The notes: generated by a model from the sequence alone, not told the origin. A stretch of 64,000 nucleotides of DNA from Minisyncoccota bacterium (GCA_022843285.1 JALHNY010000001.1:15128-79127); one strand, 5' to 3'; positions 44,179-54,057 are shown, counted from the stretch's first letter. A program made the numbers and translations.

Positions 44179-46761
44179 GTGATTTCACTATTCAAGAACT
44201 TTTTTGACCGCCGCGCCCTGAGCGAGTACCAGAGGCGCCTCTCCGCCATCGCCGACTTTGAGCCCGAGCTCATGGAGCTCCCGGACGAGAAGCTCACCGA
44301 GTGGAGCCTCGCCCTCCAGGCGAAGATTCAGGGGGGTGAGCTGGACCTCGACGGGGCCATGCCCGAAGCCTTCGCCCTGGCCCGCGAGGCTGCGCGCCGC
44401 ACCCTCGGCCAGCGCCCCTACGACGTCCAGCTGATCGGCGGGCAGGTGCTCCACCGGGGCGCCATTGCCGAGATGGGCACCGGAGAGGGCAAGACCCTCG
44501 CCGGCGTCGCCCCCGCGTACCTCAACGCCCTCACCGGCAAGGGCGTGCACATCGTCACCGTCAACGAGTACCTGGCCCGCCGTGACGCGGTCTGGATGGG
44601 GCAGGTGTACAAGCTGCTCGGGCTGAGCGTCGCCGTGCTCGTCCCGAACGCCGCCTTCCAGTACGACGCCGACTTCAAGGGAGAGGAGGAGGTGGACGAG
44701 GAGCGCGACGCGACTGGGGCCTTCAAGGTGAAGCAGGAGTTCCTCCGCCCGGTCTCGCGTCGTGAAGCCTACGCCGCTGACGTCACCTACGGCACGAACC
44801 ACGAGTTCGGCTTCGACTACCTGCGGGACAACCTCACGTACGATCCGGCGCAGCAGGCCCAGCGCCCGCACTACTTCGCCATCATCGACGAGGCGGACAG
44901 CATCCTCATCGACGAGGCGAGGACGCCGCTCATCATCTCGGCTCCGGATCGCGAGAGCAGCGACCTGTACAAGTCCTTCGCGGTTCTCGCGCGCCGCCTC
45001 GAGGTGGAGCGCCACTACACCTTCGACGAGAAGCACCACTCCGTCACCGTGCTGCCGGAGGGCATAGAGGAGGTGGAGCGCAGCCTCGGCATCGCGAACC
45101 TGTACGCTCCCGAGAACATTCGCCTGGTCCGCTTCCTCGACGAGGCGCTCAAGGCCGAGTCCCTCTTCAGGAAGGACAAGGAGTACGTCGTCCGCGACGG
45201 CGAGATCATCATCGTGGACCAGTTCACGGGGCGCATGCTCCACGGGCGCCGCTACAACGGCGGGCTGCACCAGGCCATCGAGGCGAAGGAGGGCGTGAAC
45301 GTCCGCGAGGAGAACCGCACGTACGCGAAGGTCTCCGTGCAGAACTACTTCCGCCTGTACGAGAAAATCTCCGGCATGACCGGCACCGCCGAGACCTCAG
45401 CGGAGGAGTTCCACAAGGTGTACCAGCTGCCGGTGGTGAGCATCCCGCCGCACCGCCCGCTCCGGCGCGTTGACATGCCCGACGTCATCTACAAGGACTC
45501 TGAGGCCAAGTACCGCGCCATCGTGAAGGCGGTGCGCGAGCGCCACGAGGCGGGCCAGCCGGTCCTCATCGGCACGACCTCCATTGAGAAGAACGAGGTG
45601 CTCGCCGACTACCTCAAGCGCGCCGGCGTCCCGCACCAGGTCCTCAACGCGAAGAACAACGAGAAGGAGGGCGGCATCATCGCCCAGGCCGGGCGCCCGG
45701 GCGGCGTCACCGTCGCGACCAACATGGCCGGCCGCGGCGTCGACATCATCCTCGGCGGCAACCCGCCGGCCAAGGAGGACGCGGACGCCGTCCGCGCCGC
45801 GGGTGGCCTGCACGTCATCGGCACCGAGCGCCACGAGGCGCGCCGCATCGACAACCAGCTCCGCGGGCGCGCCGGCCGCCAGGGCGACCCGGGCTCCTCG
45901 CAGTTCTTCCTCAGCCTCGACGACGACCTCATGCGCATCTTCGGCGGGGACCGCCTCAAGAGCATCATGGGGACCCTCATGGCGCAGCTCCCGGAGGACG
46001 AGCCCATCCAGATGAAGATGGTCTCCCGATCCATCGCCGAGGCCCAGGCCAAGGTGGAGGGGAACTACTTCGACACCCGCAAGCACCTGCTCGAGTACGA
46101 CGACGTGCTCAACAAGCAGCGCACCGCCGTGTACAGGAAGCGCCAGCAGCTCCTCGAGGCTGTCACCCCGGAGCTCGTGGCCGCCGAGGTCTCCTCGGCA
46201 GCGCGCGAGTACCTGGACGGCGTCCTCGGCAAGAACGGCGTCGTGCCGGACGGCGGCGAGCCCCTCGAGGAGCTCCGGCAGCTGTTCGCCGAGGCGGGCA
46301 TCACCGACGCGGCGCACCCGTGGCCCGGCGACCACCCGAGCGCCGGCGACCTCGCCGAGCTCCTCGAGCACCGCGCGAAGGATGCGGCCCTGGATCCGGA
46401 CACGCGCCGCCGCCTGCTCTCCATCCTGGACCAGCTCTGGATGGCGCACCTCGAGGACCTCGAGGACCTCAACGACTCCGTGCGGCTCCGCGGCTACGCG
46501 CAGCGCGACCCGCTCATCGAGTACCGCCGCGAGGCGAGCGAGTTCTACGAGCGCCTCTGGGTCGCGTACGCCGAGTGGGTGTTCATGAACGCCGTGAAGG
46601 CGGCGCGCCCGGCAGACGGCACCCGGCCGGTCGCCACCCCGGTGATGCCGGCGCAGCCCGTAGCCGCGACGCCGCGCGACGCGCGCTTCGAGAACGTCGG
46701 GCGCAACGATCCCTGCCCGTGCGGCAGCGGGAAGAAGTTCAAGAAGTGCCACGGGAAGTAG
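44179..46761 (+). CDS. secA: preprotein translocase ATPase SecA
   Basis: DEAD-like motor motifs, and the C-terminal zinc finger CPCGSGKKFKKCHG. Confidence 0.95.
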   Translation: MISLFKNFFDRRALSEYQRRLSAIADFEPELMELPDEKLTEWSLALQAKIQGGELDLDGAMPEAFALAREAARRTLGQRPYDVQLIGGQVLHRGAIAEMGTGEGKTLAGVAPAYLNALTGKGVHIVTVNEYLARRDAVWMGQVYKLLGLSVAVLVPNAAFQYDADFKGEEEVDEERDATGAFKVKQEFLRPVSRREAYAADVTYGTNHEFGFDYLRDNLTYDPAQQAQRPHYFAIIDEADSILIDEARTPLIISAPDRESSDLYKSFAVLARRLEVERHYTFDEKHHSVTVLPEGIEEVERSLGIANLYAPENIRLVRFLDEALKAESLFRKDKEYVVRDGEIIIVDQFTGRMLHGRRYNGGLHQAIEAKEGVNVREENRTYAKVSVQNYFRLYEKISGMTGTAETSAEEFHKVYQLPVVSIPPHRPLRRVDMPDVIYKDSEAKYRAIVKAVRERHEAGQPVLIGTTSIEKNEVLADYLKRAGVPHQVLNAKNNEKEGGIIAQAGRPGGVTVATNMAGRGVDIILGGNPPAKEDADAVRAAGGLHVIGTERHEARRIDNQLRGRAGRQGDPGSSQFFLSLDDDLMRIFGGDRLKSIMGTLMAQLPEDEPIQMKMVSRSIAEAQAKVEGNYFDTRKHLLEYDDVLNKQRTAVYRKRQQLLEAVTPELVAAEVSSAAREYLDGVLGKNGVVPDGGEPLEELRQLFAEAGITDAAHPWPGDHPSAGDLAELLEHRAKDAALDPDTRRRLLSILDQLWMAHLEDLEDLNDSVRLRGYAQRDPLIEYRREASEFYERLWVAYAEWVFMNAVKAARPADGTRPVATPVMPAQPVAATPRDARFENVGRNDPCPCGSGKKFKKCHGK

Positions 46762-46775
46762 GGGAGAGCTCGCGC

Positions 46776-47276
46776 GTGTTCGTGGCGCTCGAGGCGCCCG
46801 CCGAGCTGGTGGCCCTCGCGGTTGAGGCGCAGCGGCAGCTCGCGGGCGTTCCCGGCGTGGAGCTGGTCGACCCCGAGAACCTGCACCTGACCATCATCCC
46901 GCCCTGGGACGAGCGCAACGTTTCCGCGGTGCTCCGCGACTTCTCCGCCATCGCCCCCGGCCCCGTGGCACTCAGGGTGACGGGCATCGGGTACGGGCCG
47001 CACGGGATGATCCCGGGGCTCGCCTGGCTCACCTGCGACGTGACGCCCGAGGTCGAGCGGCTCTGGCTGCAGACCTGGCGGGCTCTCTGGAGCCAGGACC
47101 CCACGCGCGAGACGTTCCCGCACCTGACCATCGCGTACGTCCCCGAGGGGGTGACGCTCCCCGAGCTCGCGCTCCCGCGTGAGGCGTCCGCGCCGGCTGC
47201 CCGGGTCTCGCTCTTCGAGGCCCTCGGCGCCGCTCCCTGGTACCGCGTGATCGGCGGCCGCGACCTCTCGGCCTAG
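46776..47276 (+). CDS. thpR: RNA 2',3'-cyclic phosphodiesterase / 2'-5' RNA ligase (2H family)
   Basis: Two H-x-T-x motifs (HLTII, HLTIA); GTG start. Confidence 0.7.
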   Translation: MFVALEAPAELVALAVEAQRQLAGVPGVELVDPENLHLTIIPPWDERNVSAVLRDFSAIAPGPVALRVTGIGYGPHGMIPGLAWLTCDVTPEVERLWLQTWRALWSQDPTRETFPHLTIAYVPEGVTLPELALPREASAPAARVSLFEALGAAPWYRVIGGRDLSA

Positions 47277-47315
47277 CTTTATGCTGGCTTAATCTTCGCC
47301 CGCTACCATTTGCAC

Positions 47316-47984
47316 ATGCGCATCCTGCTCGTCGAAGACGAACCGACCATCGCCGAGTTTCTGAAGCGGCACCTCGAGGAGAAGTGCTTCGTGGTCGACC
47401 ACGCAGCCGATGGCGAGGTCGGCTCTTTCGCCGCCCGGACGAACGAGTACGACCTGGTGCTGCTGGATAACCTCTTGCCCAAGAAGTCCGGATTGGACGT
47501 GATCGGCGAGATTCGCTCGCGGGGCAGGCACGTCCCGATTCTGGTGATCAGCGTCAGGGGAGACATCGAGGCGAAGGTGGAGCTCCTGAACGCGGGCGCC
47601 GACGACTACCTCGCGAAGCCCTTCTCCTTTGACGAGCTCCTCGCGCGCATGGGTGCGCTGCTGCGCCGCCCGAACCACGTGGCGAAGACGGTGCAGCAGG
47701 TGGGAGACCTCACGCTGAACGAGGCGACGTACGAGGTGAAGCGGCAGAAGCGGGACATCGCGCTGACGCGCAAAGAGTTCGCCCTGCTCCGCTACCTCAT
47801 GCGCAACGAGTCCATCGTGCTGAGCCGCGCGATGCTCCTCGAGCACGTCTGGGACATGGACACGGACCCGTTCTCCAACACGGTGGAGGCGCACATCGCG
47901 AGCCTGCGCAAAAAGGTGGACGCCCCGTTCTCGAGGAAACTCATCCAGACCGTGCAGGGCAGGGGCTACAAGATTACGGGCTAG
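47316..47984 (+). CDS. OmpR/PhoB-family two-component response regulator
   Basis: Receiver (ILLVEDEP..LVLLD) plus a winged-helix output domain (TRKEFALLRYL). Confidence 0.85.
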   Translation: MRILLVEDEPTIAEFLKRHLEEKCFVVDHAADGEVGSFAARTNEYDLVLLDNLLPKKSGLDVIGEIRSRGRHVPILVISVRGDIEAKVELLNAGADDYLAKPFSFDELLARMGALLRRPNHVAKTVQQVGDLTLNEATYEVKRQKRDIALTRKEFALLRYLMRNESIVLSRAMLLEHVWDMDTDPFSNTVEAHIASLRKKVDAPFSRKLIQTVQGRGYKITG

Positions 47985-48009
47985 TAATATCACAACACTA
48001 TTTATTTTT

Positions 48010-48243
48010 ATGTACAGATTCCAGCCTGATTTCTATGCTTCGGACGTGAAGAATACCACGCGCGCCCCAAAGGGCATGAAGCTTGCCCTCAGCGCTCCTG
48101 AGAAGAAGGAGTTCTTTAAGCTCGTCGCGAAGAAGCAGGATCGTTCAATGACTCCGGCTGAGCAGAAGCGATTCCTCGAGCTGGGTGCAAAAGATTTCTC
48201 CGCGCGCTTCCTGCAGGACATGAAGGCGCTATCTCGTGGATAG
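48010..48243 (+). CDS. hypothetical small protein in AT-rich patch
   Basis: 77-aa ORF; local GC is about 50% against a roughly 65% background. Confidence 0.35.
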   Translation: MYRFQPDFYASDVKNTTRAPKGMKLALSAPEKKEFFKLVAKKQDRSMTPAEQKRFLELGAKDFSARFLQDMKALSRG

Positions 48244-48347
48244 TCGGCAGACTGAATATTTCAGTGAGGCGGCGTTCCGGCTTTGGGTGGAAATACTCGA
48301 GAGACCGGGTCACTAACCCTGGCAGCATTAGTAGCTCCTCTCGAGGA

Positions 48348-48944
48348 CTAGTGCCGGCTATCCAGCGAGTATCCCAGGGTGTCCTCGTCCGCGAACTCAA
48401 TCTCGCCGCCCCGCGGGAGGCCGCGCCCCAGCTTGGTGACTTTTCTCGCGGCGCCACCCATGGCTGCCGTCACGGCTCCAGCCAGGTGCTCGCCAGCTAC
48501 CGTGGCTGAGACCGCGAGGATGAGCTCGTCGAGCCCGCCCGCGTCCTGCGCCATCTTCGCGCGCCGCGCGAGAACCTGCTGCTGCTCTGGCGAGAGCGTC
48601 CCGCCGCGCGGCAGGGAGCCGATGACGAGGTAGCGCCCCGCGTACCGCCCCACCTTCTCCAGCGAGAGCAGGTCCGTCTCCTTTTCCACGACCATGACGG
48701 TTCGCGCGGAGCGGTTCGGGTCCGCGCAGATTTCGCAGCGGTCTCCCGAGACCTCGTGCGGGAACCCGCACTCCACGCAGCGCGAGACCCTGGACAGCTC
48801 GCCGAGTGCTCCGAGCAGTGCCTGCTGCTTCTCGCGCGGCAGCGAGCTCACGTGCAGCGCGAGGCGAATGGCCTGGCGCGGGCCAATGGAGGGGAGCTTC
48901 GCGAGGGACTCCGCGAGCGCGCGGAGCGAGGAGGGGAGGCGCAT
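48348..48944 (-). CDS. recR: recombination protein RecR
   Basis: HhH (LAKLPSIGPRQAIRLALH), C4 zinc finger and Toprim domain. The true start is MRLPSS; upstream ORF residues are antisense/overlap. Confidence 0.85.
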   Translation of the reverse strand: MRLPSSLRALAESLAKLPSIGPRQAIRLALHVSSLPREKQQALLGALGELSRVSRCVECGFPHEVSGDRCEICADPNRSARTVMVVEKETDLLSLEKVGRYAGRYLVIGSLPRGGTLSPEQQQVLARRAKMAQDAGGLDELILAVSATVAGEHLAGAVTAAMGGAARKVTKLGRGLPRGGEIEFADEDTLGYSLDSRH

Positions 48945-50353
48945 CAGAAGAAGTCCGAGGGAGCCTCGTGCGACTTGTCGAGGTCGCGGAAGCTCGCGCT
49001 CTCGGGGTTCCACATGAGCGGCACCGTCCTGGTGGGGCCGTTGCGGTGCTTGGCGATGACGATGTCCGCCTTGTTGCGCACGTCATCCGGAATCTCCTCG
49101 TCCTTCTTACCCTGGATCTTCATGTCGCGCTCCTTGCGGTATATGAACATGACCACGTCCGCGTCTTGCTCGATGGAGCCGGACTCGCGGAGGTCGTGGA
49201 GCTGCGGCGTGCGGTTCTCGCGCTGGTCCACGCCGCGGCTCAGCTGCGAGAGCGCGAGGACGGGAATCTCGAGCTCGCGCGCGATGAGCTTGAGCCCGCG
49301 GCTGATCTCCGTGACCTGCTGCACCATGTTGTCGCTCGAGCGGCGCGGGCTGATGAGCTGGAGGTAGTCCACGACGAGGAGGCCGAGGCCGTGCTGCATC
49401 TGGAGGCGGCGGGCCATGGCGCGCATCTGGAGGATCGTCGGCGCGGGGGTGTCGTCGATGTAGATGGGCGCGTTGGCGAGCTTCGCGAGACCCGCCTTGA
49501 CCATGTCGAGCTCGTACTCGTCGCGGATGTTGCCGGTGCGGAGCTGCCAGAGGGAGGCGTCGCCCGCCGCGGCGACGAGGCGGTCCACGACCTCCTCGCG
49601 GCTCATCTCGAGGGAGAAGATGCCGACCGGCGTGCCGGCGAGCGCGGCGTGTCGTGCGATGTCCAGGGCGAGCGACGTCTTACCCATGGACGGGCGGGCG
49701 CCCAGGATGACGAGGTTGGACTTCTGGAGGCCCGAGAGCGCCCTGTTCATCTCGGAGAACCCGGTGGTGACGCCGCGCAGCTCGCCCTTGTGCTCGCGGA
49801 GGTACTCGATGCGCTCGAACGCGGAGGTGAGCTCCGAGCCGATCGGGACGAAGTTCTGTGTCACCGAGTGCTGCGCGATGTTCATGATGCGGCGCTCGAT
49901 TTCCACCATGAGCTCGTCCACGTCCTCGGCGCCCTCGCCGAGCGCGTCCTCGGTGATCTGCGCGGACACGGAGAGGAGTGAGCGCAGCACCTTCTTCTGA
50001 CGCACGATCTCCGCGTAGTGCGCGACGTGGCTCGCGGTCGCGACGTAGTTGGTGAGCTCGGCCAGGTACGTGGCGCCCCCGACGCTCTCGAGCTCCTTGC
50101 GGTCCTTGAGCACGCCGCTGACCGACACGACGTCGATGGGCTGGTTGCGGTTCAGGAGCTCCTCGATGGCCGAGAAGATGGTGGCGTGCGCGGGCACGTA
50201 GAAGTCCTCGGCGTTCACCACGTCGATGACCTTGTAGATTGCCTGCGGGTCGATGAGGAGCGAGCCGATGGTGGCGCGCTCGGCGTCGACGCTGTGCGGC
50301 ACGACGCGGGCGTCACCGAGGTCGTGACGCTCTCTGGTTGGGGTTCTTGCCAT
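48944..50353 (-). CDS. dnaB: replicative DNA helicase DnaB
   Basis: N-terminal domain, Walker A GARPSMGKTS, and the remaining RecA-fold motifs. Confidence 0.9.
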   Translation of the reverse strand: MARTPTRERHDLGDARVVPHSVDAERATIGSLLIDPQAIYKVIDVVNAEDFYVPAHATIFSAIEELLNRNQPIDVVSVSGVLKDRKELESVGGATYLAELTNYVATASHVAHYAEIVRQKKVLRSLLSVSAQITEDALGEGAEDVDELMVEIERRIMNIAQHSVTQNFVPIGSELTSAFERIEYLREHKGELRGVTTGFSEMNRALSGLQKSNLVILGARPSMGKTSLALDIARHAALAGTPVGIFSLEMSREEVVDRLVAAAGDASLWQLRTGNIRDEYELDMVKAGLAKLANAPIYIDDTPAPTILQMRAMARRLQMQHGLGLLVVDYLQLISPRRSSDNMVQQVTEISRGLKLIARELEIPVLALSQLSRGVDQRENRTPQLHDLRESGSIEQDADVVMFIYRKERDMKIQGKKDEEIPDDVRNKADIVIAKHRNGPTRTVPLMWNPESASFRDLDKSHEAPSDFF

Positions 50354-51723
50354 TACGTGGTGGGGTAGATTCTCGGACCCGCGGGGGAGTCCTCTACCTC
50401 GTATCCTAGCTTCTGGATCTGGTCGCGGAAAGCGTCAGACTGGACAAACTGTTTATTGCTGCGGGCGTCCTCCCTCCGGGCCACGAGCTCCACGACCTCG
50501 GCCGGAATTTCGGGCTTCGGGGACAGGATGCCGAGCACCGCGTCCATGGCTCCCAGGGTGGCCGCGCGGCTCGCCGGCTCGAGCCTCGCCGCCTCGTGGG
50601 CGAGCGAGAGCGCGCGCGGCGACGCCAGGTCGTCCGCGAGCGCCTCCCAGAAGCGCGCCATGAGGTCCGCATCGGGGGAGCCGCCCGGCTCGCCGTCCCA
50701 GGACGCGACGAGCAGCGTGCGGCGCCCCGCGCGCGCAGCCGCGAGCGCGTCCCACGTGAAGTTGATGCGCGTGCTGTAGTGCACGGACAGCGCGAGGTAC
50801 CGGAGGTCTAGCGGGGAGAAGCCGCGCTCCACGAGGTCGCGGATGAGGAACACGTTGCCGACGGACTTCGCCATCTTCTCGCCGTCCACGAGCATGTGCT
50901 CCGCGTGCACCCACGCGCGCGAAAACGGCGCGCCGTACGCGCCCTCGCTCTGCGCGATCTCGTTGGTGTGGTGGGGGAACAGGTGGTCTATGCCGCCCGT
51001 GTGCACGTCGACGGGGTGCCCGAGGAAGTGGTGCGCGAGCGCGGAGCACTCCAGGTGCCAGCCCGGGAACCCGTATCCCCACGGGGAGGACCAGCGCTGG
51101 ATGTGGTGCTCGTACTTGCCGACCGCCTTCAGCCATATGGCGAAGTCCGCGGGGTTCCGCTTACTGGTCTCCGTCTCCACCTCCTCGCGCGCGCCCACGA
51201 CGCGCTCCCCGGCGATCTGGCCGGTCAGCGCGCCGTACCCCGGGAACGTCGAGACCTCGAAGTAGACCGCCTCCGGCGTGTCGTACGCGTGCCCCTTCCC
51301 GATGAGCAGCTCGACGAGCTCGATCTGCTGCTCCACGTAGCGGCTCGCGCGCGGCTGCTCGTCGGGCCTGGTGAGGCGCAGCGCGTCCCAGTCCTGGAGG
51401 AAGACGTCCGTGTACTTCTGGATGATGGCCTCCACGTCGACGTTCTCCCTGCGGCTCGCCGCCTCGACCTTGTCCTCGCCCTCGTCGCCGTCCCCGACGA
51501 GGTGGCCGACGTCCGTGATGTTCATGACGAAGGTCACGTCGTACCCGAGGCCGCGCATGGTGCGCACGAGCAGGTCATCGAACAGGAACTTCCTGAAGTT
51601 CCCGATGTGCTGGAAGTTGTACACCGTGGGCCCGCACGCGTACATCGCGACGGGGGAACCCCGCCGCTCGATGGCCACCCTGCCGCGAGACAGGCTATCC
51701 CGGAGGCTCAGCGTCAGATCCAT
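50353..51723 (-). CDS. cysS: cysteinyl-tRNA synthetase
   Basis: HIGN (HIGH-like) and KMAKSVGN (KMSKS) class I motifs, plus a C-terminal DALR-like domain. Confidence 0.9.
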   Translation of the reverse strand: MDLTLSLRDSLSRGRVAIERRGSPVAMYACGPTVYNFQHIGNFRKFLFDDLLVRTMRGLGYDVTFVMNITDVGHLVGDGDEGEDKVEAASRRENVDVEAIIQKYTDVFLQDWDALRLTRPDEQPRASRYVEQQIELVELLIGKGHAYDTPEAVYFEVSTFPGYGALTGQIAGERVVGAREEVETETSKRNPADFAIWLKAVGKYEHHIQRWSSPWGYGFPGWHLECSALAHHFLGHPVDVHTGGIDHLFPHHTNEIAQSEGAYGAPFSRAWVHAEHMLVDGEKMAKSVGNVFLIRDLVERGFSPLDLRYLALSVHYSTRINFTWDALAAARAGRRTLLVASWDGEPGGSPDADLMARFWEALADDLASPRALSLAHEAARLEPASRAATLGAMDAVLGILSPKPEIPAEVVELVARREDARSNKQFVQSDAFRDQIQKLGYEVEDSPAGPRIYPTT

Positions 51724-52634
51724 TTCTTTGCTTTGAAGAGCGCGATGAGCGCGATGACGGTGGCGAGCACCATGCCGCCGAGCACCCAGAACCCCTGCGG
51801 GTGCCCCATGAACGGGATGCCCTCGAGGCGGACGGCGAAGAGCGTCGCGAAGAGCGTGAGCGGGTACGTGATGAGGCTGACCACGGTGAGGACGCGGATG
51901 ACCTGGCCGCTCCGCATGCTCATGAGCTGGTTGTTGGTCTGCTCGAAGTCCGCGACGGCGGTGCGGTAGTCATCGATCTGCTGGCTGATGCGCAGGAAGT
52001 CGCCGTGGATGTCCTCGATGTACGGCGCCGTGCCCTCGCCGAAGAAGCTCGCACCCACGCCCTGCAGCGAGGTGAGCACCTGCCCCATGGGGTTGAAGAT
52101 GATCTTGTACTCGGAGATGTCCCGCTTGAGGTACGCGATGCGCACGAGCAGGTCCTGGTTGCTGCCCGTGAAGAGGTCCGAGCCGACCGCCTCCACCTTC
52201 TCCTGGATGTGGCGCAGCTGGCGCTGGTTGTACGCGAGGACGTGCGAGAGGATGCCGTACGTGATCTCGAGCCCGGGCGGCACGGGGAGCTGGCGCTCCT
52301 TGCCGGCGAGCCCCTGGTTCGCCGCGAACTCGAGCGCGTGCAGGTGCTCGTAGTGGACGGTGATGACGACGTCGCGGCGGATGATGAAGTCTATCTCCGC
52401 GCGGCGCGACACGAAGTTCTTGGCGTCGTATATGGGGAACTGCACCGCGAGGAACAGGTACGAGCCGAAGTTCTCCACGTGGGCGCGCGGGGAGGGGGAG
52501 GTGAGTTCCTTGAGGATCACCGGGTGTAGGTCCAGCTTCTGGCTGAGCTGCTTGAGCGCCGGGTGGTCCACGGTCGCGCCCTCCTCCAGCTGGATGTCGA
52601 TCCAGGGTTGCAGGTCTTTTGAACGCGACGTCAT
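51714..52634 (-). CDS. corA: CorA-family Mg2+/Co2+ transporter (variant GMN-region)
   Basis: Cytoplasmic domain plus two C-terminal TM helices; GIPFMGHP sits where the YGMNF motif would be. Confidence 0.75.
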   Translation of the reverse strand: MTSRSKDLQPWIDIQLEEGATVDHPALKQLSQKLDLHPVILKELTSPSPRAHVENFGSYLFLAVQFPIYDAKNFVSRRAEIDFIIRRDVVITVHYEHLHALEFAANQGLAGKERQLPVPPGLEITYGILSHVLAYNQRQLRHIQEKVEAVGSDLFTGSNQDLLVRIAYLKRDISEYKIIFNPMGQVLTSLQGVGASFFGEGTAPYIEDIHGDFLRISQQIDDYRTAVADFEQTNNQLMSMRSGQVIRVLTVVSLITYPLTLFATLFAVRLEGIPFMGHPQGFWVLGGMVLATVIALIALFKAKKWI

Positions 52635-52691
52635 GGGAGCAATTGTACCAAAAATTTCTGCCACTCTGTTCGCGCTACTCACAAATTGTGG

Positions 52692-52720
52692 TTGTCAATT
52701 TGTGTACACCCTGGTATAAT
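52692..52720 (+). promoter_or_regulatory. near-consensus promoter (TTGTCA, 17-nt spacer, TGgTATAAT) with no downstream plus-strand ORF
   Basis: The reverse complement also offers a TG-extended TACAAT for corA on the minus strand about 45 nt away. Confidence 0.5.
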
Positions 52721-52819
52721 AGTTCCACAGGTAAGAATCCTAGACTCCTGTGGACCTGAAATGCAGAAAGGCTCTACTGCGGGATCCCAGTAGGCCAGCG
52801 CGAGCTGGAATCCAACGGA

Positions 52820-53284
52820 TTACGATGAGGGAATGTCGCCCCTCCAGGTCCACAGAAGTCTGTGATTCTCTAGATACCCTGTTTTTCTGACACGGAATGC
52901 GGTGACAACAGAAAAGTAAATTTCGCCTGAGGTCGTCGCTTGCTTTTCGAGAATGACCACATACTGGGCTCCCTGAATTTGCTTAACAAAAATGAAGTCA
53001 CCTCTTTTGCCGTCTTTATTTTCGTAAATTGCGTTTGGCAATCTCACAATGAGGTGCGCACATTTCAAGATCACCTCAAATTCCTGCGCGGTTCGCTTGT
53101 CATACAGATGCTTGATTACTCGTGAGCTGAGGTAAACCTTCGCCGCTCCATCTGCAGTTTTTAGAACCGCGCCTACCTTTTTAGTGAGGCGCGCAATGAG
53201 CTGTTCTGTTACCGCAACCAGGGCGCCGGGGAGAGTACCCTTGACGTTACGAATAAAAAGGTTTTCAGCTGCTTTTTTGAACAT
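52820..53284 (-). CDS. hypothetical protein in a low-GC (~47%) patch
   Basis: 154-aa ORF whose composition is clearly foreign relative to the flanks; no family recognised. Confidence 0.5.
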   Translation of the reverse strand: MFKKAAENLFIRNVKGTLPGALVAVTEQLIARLTKKVGAVLKTADGAAKVYLSSRVIKHLYDKRTAQEFEVILKCAHLIVRLPNAIYENKDGKRGDFIFVKQIQGAQYVVILEKQATTSGEIYFSVVTAFRVRKTGYLENHRLLWTWRGDIPSS

Positions 53285-53318
53285 TGACAGTGTGTCATTC
53301 TAGGCGTCGGACCACGCA

Positions 53319-53345
53319 TTAGCAATCTTGACCCAAGACTGCTAA
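53319..53345 (+). promoter_or_regulatory. CIRCE operator (HrcA binding site) TTAGCAaTC-N9-GAcTGCTAA
   Basis: An inverted repeat with 9-nt spacer matching TTAGCACTC-N9-GAGTGCTAA at 16 of 18 positions. It lies immediately upstream of hrcA, with -10 TAAAAT at about 53352. Confidence 0.75.
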
Positions 53346-53366
53346 CGGCGATAAAATGCCCGGGCA

Positions 53367-54053
53367 ATGCGAGATCGTTCAGCTGAGATTCTCGAGGCGA
53401 CCGTCCGGGAGTTCATCTCCTCGGGCGTTCCGGTCAGCTCGTCGCACCTGTACGAGCGCTACGACTTCGGAATCAAGCCGGCGACCATCCGCATTGAGCT
53501 GACGGACCTCACGGACCAGGGCTTCCTCGAACAGCCGCACCACGCGGCGGGCCGGGTGCCCAGCGACACCGGCTACGAGTTCTACGCGGCGCGCGCCCTC
53601 TCGGGGGCGCACCCGGCGAAGGCCGGCCACGGCATCACCGCAGCCATCCGCGAGAGCGCGTGGGACCACCTCGCCGACCTCATGGCCGAGCAGATGGGCG
53701 CGGTGGGCATCGTCGCGGACCTCACGGATGGGTACGCGTTCACGCGCGGCCTCCCGCAGCTGGTCGAGCGCCTGGACTGGGAGAGCCGCGACGAGCTCGC
53801 CGGCATCCTGCGCGACATCGAGGCCATCGACGAGCGCATCGGATCGTTCCGCTCCCGCCTCGGCGTGGACCCGCGCCTGTTCATCGGCAAGTCCAGCCCG
53901 TTCGGGCGCACGAGCGCCCTCGCCGCGGTTGCCGCGCAGTACTCGCTGCGCGGGCACCCGATAGCGATCATCGCGGTCGGGCCCAAGCGCATGGACTACG
54001 ACCGCGCCGCGCAGCTGTTCGCCACCGTCGACCACCTCATCAACAAAGACTGA
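53367..54053 (+). CDS. hrcA: heat-inducible transcription repressor HrcA (short, 228 aa)
   Basis: N-terminal winged helix ILEATVREFISSGVPVSSSHL..ATIRIELTDLTDQGFLEQPHHAAGRVP. Confidence 0.85.
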   Translation: MRDRSAEILEATVREFISSGVPVSSSHLYERYDFGIKPATIRIELTDLTDQGFLEQPHHAAGRVPSDTGYEFYAARALSGAHPAKAGHGITAAIRESAWDHLADLMAEQMGAVGIVADLTDGYAFTRGLPQLVERLDWESRDELAGILRDIEAIDERIGSFRSRLGVDPRLFIGKSSPFGRTSALAAVAAQYSLRGHPIAIIAVGPKRMDYDRAAQLFATVDHLINKD

Positions 54054-54057
54054 AGCC

